The notes below the pieces were generated by a model. The model saw only the letters and a list, made by a program, of their open reading frames with translations, had not been told where the DNA came from and searched no databases. Made by a program: the position numbers and the translations under genes. Of a stretch of 48,854 nt of DNA, positions 20,332 through 30,858 are shown in pieces. Source of the stretch: Saprolegnia diclina VS20 (Eukaryota); NCBI RefSeq assembly GCF_000281045.1, contig NW_008246068.1, positions 1,427,628 through 1,476,481 of the forward strand, in the 5' to 3' direction. Positions within the stretch are counted from its first letter, which is position 1; each line of letters starts with the position of its first letter.

Positions 20332-21660
20332 TTACAGAACCATATCGATGTTGCTAGTGGACGGGTGCGGTTGACCCATCATCATCGAAGCGGCTTCTTG
20401 GGCCGAAGCTTGCTGGACCATGAGCTCCGAGAGCTTGGCCTCCGACGCGTTGATGAGGCAGCTGGCGGCATCCTGGGAAGCGCAGACGACTTCGAGCAAA
20501 AGCTTGTGCTTGCGGTCCGACTCATCCTTGGGGTTGGCCGGCGCGGCGCAGGTTTGCTCAAAGAGGCGGCGCGAACGCTGGACGAGACGCGTGGCTGAGT
20601 TCTTCTCCGACTCGAGGAAGACGAGGCAGCGGCACATGGCCGAGCACACGTTGGGCGCAGCCACCTGGCAGAGCGCACCGAAGCGGCGACCCGCGTCGTC
20701 GTACTTGAGGCACGCGTCCTGCATCTCCATTTCCGCTGCCTGCGTTGCCTGCTGCGCGAGGATGTAGAGATCCTTGACACCGCCGCACTTGAGCGCCGTC
20801 TCCATTTGGAGGCACGCGCTGTACGCAACCTGGGCAGGGTTCGAGAGGGGCACGCTAGGCGTAGCGACCGTCGAGTTGGCACTTGCGTTCTGGCGCGCCT
20901 CGGCGTCCATCTCGAAGTCCGAAAAGACGTCCGTGAGGTTGTCGGTATCCGTCTCCATACCCGCGTCGGAGGGACCGCTGAGCGGCGCCGGCTCCATGTC
21001 GAACTCGCTCGACTCGCCGACCTGGTTGTACAGGTTGTTGACGAGCACGTCAACCATGGACGCGTCTTCGCCCTTGATGGCGTCGAGCATGTCGGTGTTG
21101 TCCGAGTCCGAGTCGTTCTCGCTGCGCGCCATCTTGGACGGGTCGTCGATGCCATTCACGCTCTTGCGCTTCTTGGCGCGGCGCACAGGAGGGACGCCCT
21201 GGTTCTTCTCCTTCTCGTGGATATGGCGATGACGGCAGAGGTTTCCCGACGTGTTAAAGCCCTTGTTACAGATCTCGCAGTGGTAGGGCTTCTGGCCCGT
21301 GTGCGTGATCTCGTGGCGCGCAAGGGTGAAGGCACGACCAAAGCGCTTGGAGCACTTGCAGCACGCAAAAGGCTTGAGGCCCGAGTGCGCCTTGACGTGG
21401 CGACCGAGGTTGCTCGACGAGCAAAAGATGCGACCGCAGCCCTGCACGGGACAGACAAACTTCTTGTTGTCGCACGAGCTGTTGGACTGCGGGCTCGAGT
21501 CGCAGCCATCCTTGCAGTTGCCAGGTGACTCGCAGCCCGAGTCCGAGAACGACTCGCACTTCTTGAGGCCGACGCGGCCAGGTGTTACAGCGGCAAAGGA
21601 ACCTTCCGGGGGCTTCTCGCCATCAGACTCGGGCTCGATGTCAGCAATGCCACCGCCCAT
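20332..21660 (-). CDS. C2H2 zinc-finger transcription factor (3 fingers)
   Basis: CPVQGC..H...H-SGLKPF-CCKC..H...H-TGQKPY-CEIC..H...H with Kruppel-type linkers, an NLS-like RRAKKRK, an acidic region and a helical C-terminal region. Confidence 0.9.
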   Translation of the reverse strand: MGGGIADIEPESDGEKPPEGSFAAVTPGRVGLKKCESFSDSGCESPGNCKDGCDSSPQSNSSCDNKKFVCPVQGCGRIFCSSSNLGRHVKAHSGLKPFACCKCSKRFGRAFTLARHEITHTGQKPYHCEICNKGFNTSGNLCRHRHIHEKEKNQGVPPVRRAKKRKSVNGIDDPSKMARSENDSDSDNTDMLDAIKGEDASMVDVLVNNLYNQVGESSEFDMEPAPLSGPSDAGMETDTDNLTDVFSDFEMDAEARQNASANSTVATPSVPLSNPAQVAYSACLQMETALKCGGVKDLYILAQQATQAAEMEMQDACLKYDDAGRRFGALCQVAAPNVCSAMCRCLVFLESEKNSATRLVQRSRRLFEQTCAAPANPKDESDRKHKLLLEVVCASQDAASCLINASEAKLSELMVQQASAQEAASMMMGQPHPSTSNIDMVL

Positions 21661-23117
21661 CGTGTAGTAGTGTTAGGAAGCTGGGAGAATGCGACTCGAA
21701 TCGTAGATCAAAAGCGGCGCCGGGTGAGCAGCGCGAGCGAGAAGCCGGGTGTTCAGGTCTCTGCGAATGGGATTCTGACGGAGCTTGCGGCGCTGCCACC
21801 CGGCGTGCCGCCCGTACACCGTACATTGTGTCGTACAGCAGATTGTACATTCATTCACATACAAAATGCAAGATCGAAATGTACCATGTTCGAAAACAGC
21901 GAGTTGTACGGCTTCTGGCGTCATTTGTGAGTTTTTTCAAGACTGCGCCGGTTCCATACTCAATTCAAGATATTCGAATGAAACGCAATGTATTTTGTCG
22001 AACGGCCCCAATCGCTGGTTACAATGTATTGCTACTGCTTTTGGTGGGTACGTTTTTATTAATATACACTAGCACATACAAAGTGTAGAGAAAGGACTAA
22101 ATTATTTGATTGGACACGGACAAACATTTTATTCCCGCGCTCCAAAACCAGATTGGATCAAAAATTGGAGAATCCTTTGAAAACGCATAACTCGCAAGGG
22201 CGGACACATCGATAAATAGAGGTCAACATCTTTCAGTGGTCGTGGCGGGTTGCATTTTCAATGCTTCGAAATGCCCTTCAAGCCAGTGCTCAATCGGCGC
22301 AGGTGAGCGAGCACCTGGATAAGCACTCGGCTCTTCGTTGACTAACGGGTCGCTCGTTTCAAATCATACATGGGCTCTCGATTGGACCGTGATTTATGCA
22401 CCGTGCCGCCCATGATCGAATCCAGTCGGCTCCCGGTCTGTACAGTGTAATGCCCAGTCGCCAGCTGTCAATTCTTGAAGAGGCTGCTCGCAGAGAAATA
22501 TACAAGGTCGACTTTGTCCACCGTGTAGAGATGGCACCGTCACGTGAGGCAAGCAACGGGTGTCCTTGTATGCTTTAAACCAAGCAGCAAAACTGCATAG
22601 GTTCGCAGAGACGGTCCTCAAATGAAGGCACGTGTCCGATGCTGCAAAGCGGGACGACGGCCGAACAAACGGGTGACAAACCTTCCATGACATCGTTCCA
22701 ATTCGTATACAAATCCCGAGATCGTTGCGACGCATACAAATCCCAAGATACATATTCACGGTGGCTCCTCTCCGTTCCAGCGCCGATCGTGCGCCAAATG
22801 TCGCGCTGCGCGCAGGTGCTCGTCAATATTTACGGTCCTCCCCTCGTGCGCGTGATATCCATCACGGCAAGGTCCTCCAAAGGGACGAGCTGTCTGCGCC
22901 GTGTACCCACCGCCAGCTCCCTCTCCTCGCCGCAGGTGCCGCTTGCTCTCTGGCTCTCTGCTTGAAAAAAAGGCGCGGAACTTCATGTTCCTCCCATCCC
23001 AGATGGCAATCACAGCCATCACAAAACACTGCGATTCGGTGAACGCGAACGATGTCACAATACTTGAGCTTCAACGTATGCAATACCAACGGCCAGCTCC
23101 AGCGGCCATTGGCCGCG

Positions 23118-24362
23118 TCAATTGACGACGGCGTGGGGGAGTGCGGCGCCCGAGACGCCAGCGACCACGTTTTGCACGGCGATGTCGGCCATCGCCTGGC
23201 GTGTCTTGATGGTCGCCGACCCAATGTGCGGGAAGATCGTGCAGTTGGGCAACGTGAACAACTACACGTAACGTTAGTACGTGCAGAGAGGAGCGATGCT
23301 AGGGTCATGGGGTGTCAACCTTGTCGTCAATCGGAAGAGGCTCGGGGTCGGTGACGTCAAGGCCGGCCGCCGCCAGCTGCTTAGCAACGAGTGCGTCGTA
23401 GAGCGCGGCTTGGTCCACAACCGGGCCACGGCTCGTGTTGATGAGGACGGCCGACGGCTTCATGCTGCGCAAACTACGCACCCATTAGTTTAAGTCCCAC
23501 GCTGCCTGGGGTGTACGTCGTGGCGTTGATGAGGTGTTGCGTGCCTGGCGTCAGTGGGCAGTGCACGCTCACAATGTCGCTGGCGCCAAGGAGCTCGTCC
23601 AGGGAACAATACCGAGCTCCAAGCGGCTGCGCAGCTTCTGGCTTTTCGTTGGGACCGGTGTAAAGAATGCGGCACCCAAACGCTGCGCGCATCATCTGCG
23701 CGTACTTGGCCCCGATGCGGCCGAGGCCGATGATGCCGACGGTGCTTCCCTCGACGTCCGTGCCGCAGTACCTACGACAACATCGTATCACCCGTCGCAT
23801 CAATCGATGGCCAAATGCACTGGAAGGGCTGCCACGTGCCCCACTCCCCCGCCTTGGCGCTGAGGACGCTCGCAACCGCGTGGCGCTTGGCCATGAACGT
23901 CAAGGTCACGGCTGTTTCGGCCGTGGATGTATCCAAGACACCTAACACAGAACGATCTCAGATCGTCGTAAGCAGCAGAAAGACGCGGCCGAACCAGGCG
24001 TGAACCCAACCGCGACGCCTTTCGCGCGGCAGTCGTCGACCATGACGTGATTGTAGCCGACCGACATGGTGGACACAACCTTGAGGCGCGGGCCCGCCGA
24101 CGCCAGCACGTCGGCGTCGATGCGGTCCGTGAGCATGCACAAGATACCGTCGCACGACCGAACGCGACGCAAGAGCTCGTCGCGCGGGATCGCAATGTCT
24201 TCGCGCTCAAAGGCATCGCACTCGACGTTCGCGCGCTGCAGTTGCTCTAACCGCCGCATGCTCAGCCATTGGCGCACTAGCAGCTATACCCATGATGTAC
24301 GGAACATGGCGCGTGAGGAAGACGCGGGGCTTGGCCGCGCTGCTCTTGACGACCGCCTGCAT
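23118..24362 (-). CDS. GRHPR: Glyoxylate/hydroxypyruvate reductase (D-2-hydroxyacid dehydrogenase), multi-exon
   Basis: [76 protein letters not shown] and FPHIGSAT. Confidence 0.9.
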
Positions 24363-24483
24363 CGCCGATCCAAACAAAATAATGTGCTTCGGTGGCTTAA
24401 AAAGCAGAAGCTATTTAACATTAATGTGATTGGTCCAAACCACCTATCGACTTCGAACGGCGGCAATACTGCTTACTGGCATC

Positions 24484-26671
24484 ATGGCAGCGTCCGCCAG
24501 CGCCACGGGCCACCTCCTCGAGCCCATCAGGTCGGCGCCATGCATCGGTGCGTAGCCTCATGCGCTCGACGTGTAGAGACCTTGGCTGGCAGCTCGACCT
24601 CGCAGCCGAGCTCGAAGAGTACCTGCAGGCCATCCAGGCCGACGAGTCGGACTTGGTGAACTTTGCCCAAGCCGCACTGCTCGTTCAGAACTCGACTGTG
24701 CGGTACAGTAAGAAGGTCGAGAACCTCTACACGCTCGTGCTGGATGCGCTTACGCAGTTCCAATCGCATCCGGAGAAAGAGCGCACCACGAAGCGACAGC
24801 GCACGGCCCACGGCAGCGCCTCCCGCGGGACGGCGTCCGACAGCACGGTTCTCGCCACGTCCGACTTTGAGTCGCACGGATCGTCGCTCGATGCGCCCGT
24901 TCACTGGACCTTCCACAAGCGCGTTGAAGAAAGCGACAAGATCGATCTGTTGCCGAACACACAGCTCCTGCACGCGTCATCGAAGCGCATCACGACCAAG
25001 ACCTTCCAGTGCGATCGATGGTTGGTGCATCAGTGTCTAACGGGTTTCATTGTAGGGCGTCCATGGCGCTCATGGGCTCCTTGGTGCCGGACGAGGTCGT
25101 GACGGGCGAGTCGTTCAAGCTCCGGTCGTGCACTGTGCACAGCAAGGTTTTCTCCACCCTGTCGTCCAGTACGTTCATCTTGCGCGTAGTCGGGTGCACT
25201 GCTGCTGGATGACTGCAGCAAGCTCCTCTTGGATCCCGATGCAGCTGTCCCGACGGTCGAGCTACCGGCAGAGGCAGCCAATGTCACCTTTCGTCGTGGG
25301 ACGCTGCTGGGCAACATCTCGGAGGGTGACGAGGAAGCGCCAGAAAACGATGCTGTCTCCAGCGAGAGTGTAATGGCAACCGAGACCAACGGTGAAGTCG
25401 ACGACAACAATGACGTCAACGACGACGGAATGGACTACGACTTTGGCGGCGGCTACGAGTCACCGATGAAGGACGTTGCTCCGAGCAGCGCGCCGACGAC
25501 GCCGCCGCCGCCGCAAGAGACTGATTTTGCTGCCACGATGAACGCGAGTCCAGTGAAATCCAAGCCCGACCCGTGGCTGCAGCTCGACCCGTACGACGCC
25601 AGCCAAAGCGTGAGCCAGCCCTTCACCAAAGGTCACCGTCATCGGACTCTAACTTGTGTCTAATCCGAAACGTAGGTGTGACGTACACTACGCCCAAGCT
25701 CAAAACGACCAAGTCGGCCATCGCCAAGGACGAGCCGCTGTATGACCCCAACGCAAAGCGCGCGCAGCGCAGCGCCGAGCGCCTCAAGCGGCAACTCGCG
25801 GCCAAACCCGCTTCGTTGTTCATGAGCTTTGACTTTGAGAACGTTCCGTTTCGGCAGCTGCACCTCCAGTATGCGAACGCGATCGTTCGAGTAGGCAGTC
25901 GTCCACGTTTTTCAGTGGCTTGATCCGCGTGTAGACGGACGCGGCGGCGACGGCGCCCAAAGCTGCGCCTTTGTTCGTGCCCGCGGACGAGATGTCGACC
26001 GCACCGATGCTCGAGGCTAACGATGACGACGTTGTCGTCGATGATTATGGCTTTGACGCGGGGGTGAGCGATTACGAGGACGACGATGGCTGTGTGCCAT
26101 ATTCCCCCGCGCCGCCACCCGTCAAGGCGGAAGGCACCAAGGAAGAGGACATCTTCAAGGCGGACGATGACGTGCCGTCGTACGAAGACCTGTGCAAGCA
26201 ACACATTGTGCGTCAACCTCGAGCATGATGGTCGAGCAAGCTGTGATCTGCGTAGGAGCAATTCTTGCACGGGTCCGAGCACTACAAGAAGCAGACGACG
26301 TTGACACGAAAAGTGGCCAAGTGGCAAGCGTCGTTGGCGCCGCTGCTGACTGCCCAGGTCGATCATGTCTCTCTTGCTGCCCGCGCTCATTCATGGCGGC
26401 GTACTAGGAGGCGCGCCCGCCGTTTGACATCCAAGCGTGCGGCAAAAACATCGTTGACCACCTCGAGCCGACGGCGCCTCGGGCGTTTGGTGCAGTCGTC
26501 CAAGGCTTATCAGTGTACGAAGTGTGCCGCATGTTCACGGCCACGCTGCAGCTGGTACGTGCCTCTCCCTTCAGCACGCGATATCATCGTGTTGGGTAGG
26601 CCAACGCTGGCAGTGTCGAGCTGGCCCATACGAACGACATCGACTCGCTCGAATTGATTGTCCGTGCATAA
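24484..26671 (+). CDS. NCAPH2: Condensin II kleisin subunit H2, multi-exon
   Basis: LLEPIR-DL.WQLDLAAELEEYL, NFAQAALLVQNST..YSKKVENLY, DPWLQLDPY, SYEDLCKQH and YEVCRMFTATLQL-AN.G.VEL. Confidence 0.92.
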
Positions 26672-26728
26672 GCAAAAGCAACATCACTGTACATTACGAA
26701 ACAGGCATTTACAACGATCGCTGTGGCA

Positions 26729-26956
26729 TCAGGTGCGCGCTGACGGTCGGGTGCCAAGGAGGCGACTGGCTTCTTCGAGCGCGAAGAGCGACCGGAGACG
26801 CTTGTGCACGAGCTCGAGGTATTGCGAGTTGCTTTGACAGTCGAGCGAGCAAAAGGTGAGGACGCAGACGCTGGTGGCGTTGAGGTACTTCTTGCCGCAG
26901 TTCTTACACTGACTGCGGCGGGCGACGATCGAGACGCCGGTCGCAGCGCGGCGCAT
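26729..26956 (-). CDS. Small FCS/FLZ-type zinc-finger protein (~75 aa)
   Basis: CKNCGKKY....FCSLDC followed by an amphipathic helix; intronless ORF. Confidence 0.6.
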   Translation of the reverse strand: MRRAATGVSIVARRSQCKNCGKKYLNATSVCVLTFCSLDCQSNSQYLELVHKRLRSLFALEEASRLLGTRPSART

Positions 26957-27168
26957 GCTGCTGCTTCCTCGCAAAAAGTGAGATTGAGATCAATGCGCCA
27001 TATCGAAGGGCGACCGGGGTTCGAAATAATTTAATACAAAGGTGCAAAGCTGCATAGACAATGCAAGTGTAGCTTCTCCAAAATGTATTCTAGCACGAAG
27101 CGATAGATACTTTTCTTTCTTTTTCGCGGCAAGAAACCGCGTTCGAATTTATGGGACCACGCACGCGC

Positions 27169-28325
27169 CTAGTTGAAGACACCGCGTTCGGCGCGTAGCC
27201 GCTGGACAAGACTGTACAGCGGCTTGTTGGCCTCGAGCCGCACCAAGTGGGCTTCGTGCGACGCGACCATGTCGCTGAACCCGTCTTCGGCGAGGCCCAT
27301 GCACTGCGTGAGCGACTCGAGGTACTCCTCCGCGTACACGCCCCGTGAGAGTAGCCGCTGGACGGGCGACTTGGCGAGCTTGCGCACAAAGGCCTCCCAG
27401 CCCGTCGTTAAGTCGGACGCGGTCAGACTGAGCTGTGCGTCCTGTGGCGTGTTGACAACGGTGCTGTCAAGCCAAATTGTAAGGCAGTGACGGGGTTCGG
27501 CGGCCGGCAGCACGCGATGCAGGAGACTGTCGGACGAAAAGATGACCTACAAGAGTGTTAGTCGTCGAATCGAACAGCGAAATCAGCACGGACGAGGCGA
27601 TCCATGCGAGGCGCGAGCGTCACCGGCTCGGGCGCCAGGAACGGATAGAACTGGATCTCGCCACCATCGCCGTCTTTCCAGTCAGGGTTGAGATACAGAA
27701 GGCAGGTCAGCTTGCGCTTATTGGGGCGGCCTGGGTTGTCGTAGTGGCACGGGAAGCACCCGCCGTTGCCAGCGTTGAACTGGACCTTGAGTGTCTTGCC
27801 TTGCGTTCCAGGCACGAGGCCGAGCTGCGCATGGTCCTCCAACGCAAGGCAGAGGTCGTCCGAGTGGAAAAGCGCGTCAAGCTCGGGCACTTGCGTGCGC
27901 ACGCTCGCGTTGTGCAAGTCGGCTTCGTAGATGTTGGGCTTGGCAAATTGGGCGACCGAGCCGTCGGCGCGCGGAAACTGCGTCTTGTTGGGCGAGAGGA
28001 GCTTGCGCTCTTGCAGCCATTTGACTTCGGAGAGGATCGCGTCGGCCCAGTCGCGTCCGAGAAAGTTGTCGACGACAACGAACCCGTTCGAAAGCAGCTC
28101 GTCACATATACCTGGCGTGATCTTGTCCGAGAAGGACGCAAAGTTGCGCACGAACGGCCGAGGATACTCGATGGCGTCTGTCTCGTGCTTGCGGCAGGCC
28201 GCCTTGTGGCCTCGCTTCCAGTCGGTCACTTGGCACGCGCGGCTGCAGTAGTACACTCGGAGACACTGGCTGCAGCGCAGGAGGTCGTCCGCGTCGCTGC
28301 CGCAGCAGCTGCAACGACTTGCCAT
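27169..28325 (-). CDS. MYND zinc finger + 2OG-Fe(II) prolyl-4-hydroxylase (EGLN/PHD-like), 2 exons
   Basis: MYND finger CSCC...CSQC...YYCSRACQVTDWKRGHKAAC. Oxygenase motifs HYDNP, RKLTCLLYLNPDW..DGGE, PRMDRL-VIFSSD..LHRVLP...RHCLTIW. Intron 27547-27593. Confidence 0.88.
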
Positions 28326-29251
28326 CGCCGCCAACAAATTTGAGCAGCGAAAAAACGCGCGTGTAACGTGTGTAAAACACACACGTTTTACACGTCGGTG
28401 CGGCAGCGAAAAACACGTGAAAATCACGTGCAAATCACGGCGACATAAACGGCGCAATGCCGGATACGGCAACCGGCTGCGTCGCGAAAGCAAAGCAGCT
28501 TTCTGCCGGCACATCACTGGCGCAGTAGCATCGCAGCCCACCATCAGAATGGAATAGCAAAGTGGCGAGCTCGTTGCAGTGCAAAGCTTGCACATCCTCA
28601 GCGTTGCCACATGCGCAGACGCGGTGACCAGGTTGATGCTGCGCCCAGGTGGATTGTGGTACGGGTCACGGTCGTCTTTCCACATGTCGTTCAATCCATT
28701 CGGTGCTTTGCAAGAAGTTCTGGGCCAATTCGGTGCTTTGCCTGGCGACGCACCAACGTGCTTTGCATGTTCGGACAAGGAAGAGCCGTTAATTGATGTA
28801 TTCTGATGTGCAAAGTTGATTTCTGAAGTTGCGCCAGCAGCATAACCTCACTCTAGAGTGGTAGCGATGTAAACCGGCGTGCACTGCCAGTGCTACGTGC
28901 GGGTTCGCATGCACAGAGAAGGTGCTGCCAACGCTCTGACGCAACCGGAATCCTCCCATCGGTCGGTACACTATGCCCTGCAAGACCGTCGCATTTCGGT
29001 GCTTCGTGGAGACGACGGACGCTGTTGGAGATTCGACGCTATGGGAACAGAGAGGAGCTGCGAAAAACAATGTTTGGCACTGCGGTGCCCCATCCACATC
29101 GTGGCCAGCACGGCGTCGCAGCCGCTGCGTGGCACGCTGCTGCTGTCCCAGCGCGGACGCTCATTGGCTCAGCACGGCCAATCAGAGAAGAGTGGGAGCT
29201 TCCCATCGCACTCGGAGTGCGATGGGTCGAACTTCAGAAATGCAAAGCAAA

Positions 29252-29270
29252 CTCACATTTCCCATTTTGC
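29252..29270 (+). promoter_or_regulatory. Putative oomycete core promoter (Inr + FPR-like)
   Basis: ctcacatttcccattttgcc lies ~15 nt upstream of ATG 29286 and resembles the oomycete CATTY-NNN-CAWTTTNYY element. Confidence 0.4.
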
Positions 29271-29285
29271 CCTTCGTTGACAAGC

Positions 29286-30722
29286 ATGCGAGAGACGCGC
29301 CAGTCCTTCATGCACGCGATCCAGTCCATGTCCAAGGACCCGCTCGACACGCACGTGCACGCCAAGTGCGCGCGCTTCGCGACGTCCGCGGCCAAGTCGC
29401 TCGCGACCGATGCGACCAAGTTCAAGTTCAAGGCGTCGAGCCACGGCATTGAGATTTACGAAAGCGTGTCGCGGCCGTACCGCGTCAAGGCCGTTGCGCT
29501 CGTGCCCGGCGACCTCGAAGATATTATGTTTGCGCTCGGGAAGCAAGGCGCCAAGGCCCATGAGTTCCGGAAGACCATGTTCCATCTCTTCCAAGAGTCC
29601 TTCTCGGAAGGTGTGAGCCTCCACGCGCCCGGCCGCGGCCTCGACCAGCAGCACGTCAATCTCAACTGGCTCGCGCTCGCAGACGCGAGCTTGCGCTACG
29701 ATATGACCTACATGACCGCGACGTCGCGCTTCTTGCGCCGCAGCACGGGGCTTGCCAACGCCGGGTCGTGCCCCGCCGACGTCGGTGTCCAAATCTGGCA
29801 GTCGGTCGAGATTCCCGAGCTCACGACGTTCACAGAGCGCGACACTGGCTGCACACGCCTGCGCCTCGAGACGTCGGGCTTTGTTGTCGAGCGCACCTCG
29901 ACGCCGCAGACGAGCCAGGTCGCGTTCCACCTGAGCTTTGGCGGCGCATCTGTCTCTACTTCGTGGATGCAGCTCCTCGCCGAGCGCCTTGCGAGCATCG
30001 CGTCTGTCTTTACGCGCCCTGGCAGCCTCCAGCTCGTGCCTCGGTCGATCTGGACCTTCAACGCCTACTGCTACTCGTGCTTCAAGTCCTTTGGCACGTT
30101 CCGGCGGCGCCACCACTGCCGCCTCTGCGGCAACTCGATCTGCTCCAAGTGTTCTGTCTCGGTCGAAATCACATTCCCAGGCTCGCCGACCGCCAGCCAC
30201 TACGACTCGACGTCTGTTCCGTGCTGCCACAAGTGCGCCGACACCAACTCGCAGCTGGACCAGCACCTCATGGAGCTCGCGCGGCCGTCGCGCGTCTCAA
30301 GCGGCACCAAGCCATCGTCGCCGCCGCCGATGCCGTCGACAATGTCGATGACGACAACGGCCGTGTCCCCGATCCACCTCTCGCTGCGCGACATTTCGAG
30401 CCTCTTTGCACCGGAAGCGACTGACGCGCCAGTCTCACCGACGGAGCGCGTCGATGACGACGTCGAGTCGCCTGCCGAATCGTCCTTCTTCCGTATTTCC
30501 AAGGGCAGCTGCATGCGCGTCCGAACACAGAGCGCGCAGTCGACGGCGCCATCGAGCCAGCGCAGCTCCCGGAGCACGCTCACCGAGTCGGACATTGAAG
30601 CCAGCCTCGAGCTGCTCAACGACGACTTTGACAAAATCCACATGGAGCGCCTCGAGGCCGCCAAGCGCCGCCTCAACCTCGACGCCGCGAAAGAGAAGCG
30701 GCCCCTCGTCTACCTCTACTAG
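29286..30722 (+). CDS. START-like domain + FYVE zinc finger protein
   Basis: HGIEIYE, NLNWLAL, IWQSVEI and SGFVVE, then LVPRSIW...CYSCFKSFGTFRRRHHCRLCGNSICSKC...CHKC and a Ser/Thr-rich tail. Confidence 0.88.
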   Translation: MRETRQSFMHAIQSMSKDPLDTHVHAKCARFATSAAKSLATDATKFKFKASSHGIEIYESVSRPYRVKAVALVPGDLEDIMFALGKQGAKAHEFRKTMFHLFQESFSEGVSLHAPGRGLDQQHVNLNWLALADASLRYDMTYMTATSRFLRRSTGLANAGSCPADVGVQIWQSVEIPELTTFTERDTGCTRLRLETSGFVVERTSTPQTSQVAFHLSFGGASVSTSWMQLLAERLASIASVFTRPGSLQLVPRSIWTFNAYCYSCFKSFGTFRRRHHCRLCGNSICSKCSVSVEITFPGSPTASHYDSTSVPCCHKCADTNSQLDQHLMELARPSRVSSGTKPSSPPPMPSTMSMTTTAVSPIHLSLRDISSLFAPEATDAPVSPTERVDDDVESPAESSFFRISKGSCMRVRTQSAQSTAPSSQRSSRSTLTESDIEASLELLNDDFDKIHMERLEAAKRRLNLDAAKEKRPLVYLY

Positions 30723-30858
30723 ACCATTTCTGTCCCGTTCGTGTAGCTTGTCAATCACATCTTATTTATCCTCCACGTCCTTGGTGGTTCTCCCAGAGCT
30801 ATGAGTGCAAACAGCGTCGGTTCCGATTACGAAGTCGCAAACGAACTTGCGCATACGG

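Noticed and set aside
22360..23060. Short ORFs and a duplicated atacaaatccc.agat motif between the C2H2 and GRHPR genes
   Set aside because: No coherent product; likely intergenic.
28698..28741. 14-nt direct repeat attcggtgctttgc (two copies)
   Set aside because: Only two copies with no further structure; insufficient to call an element.
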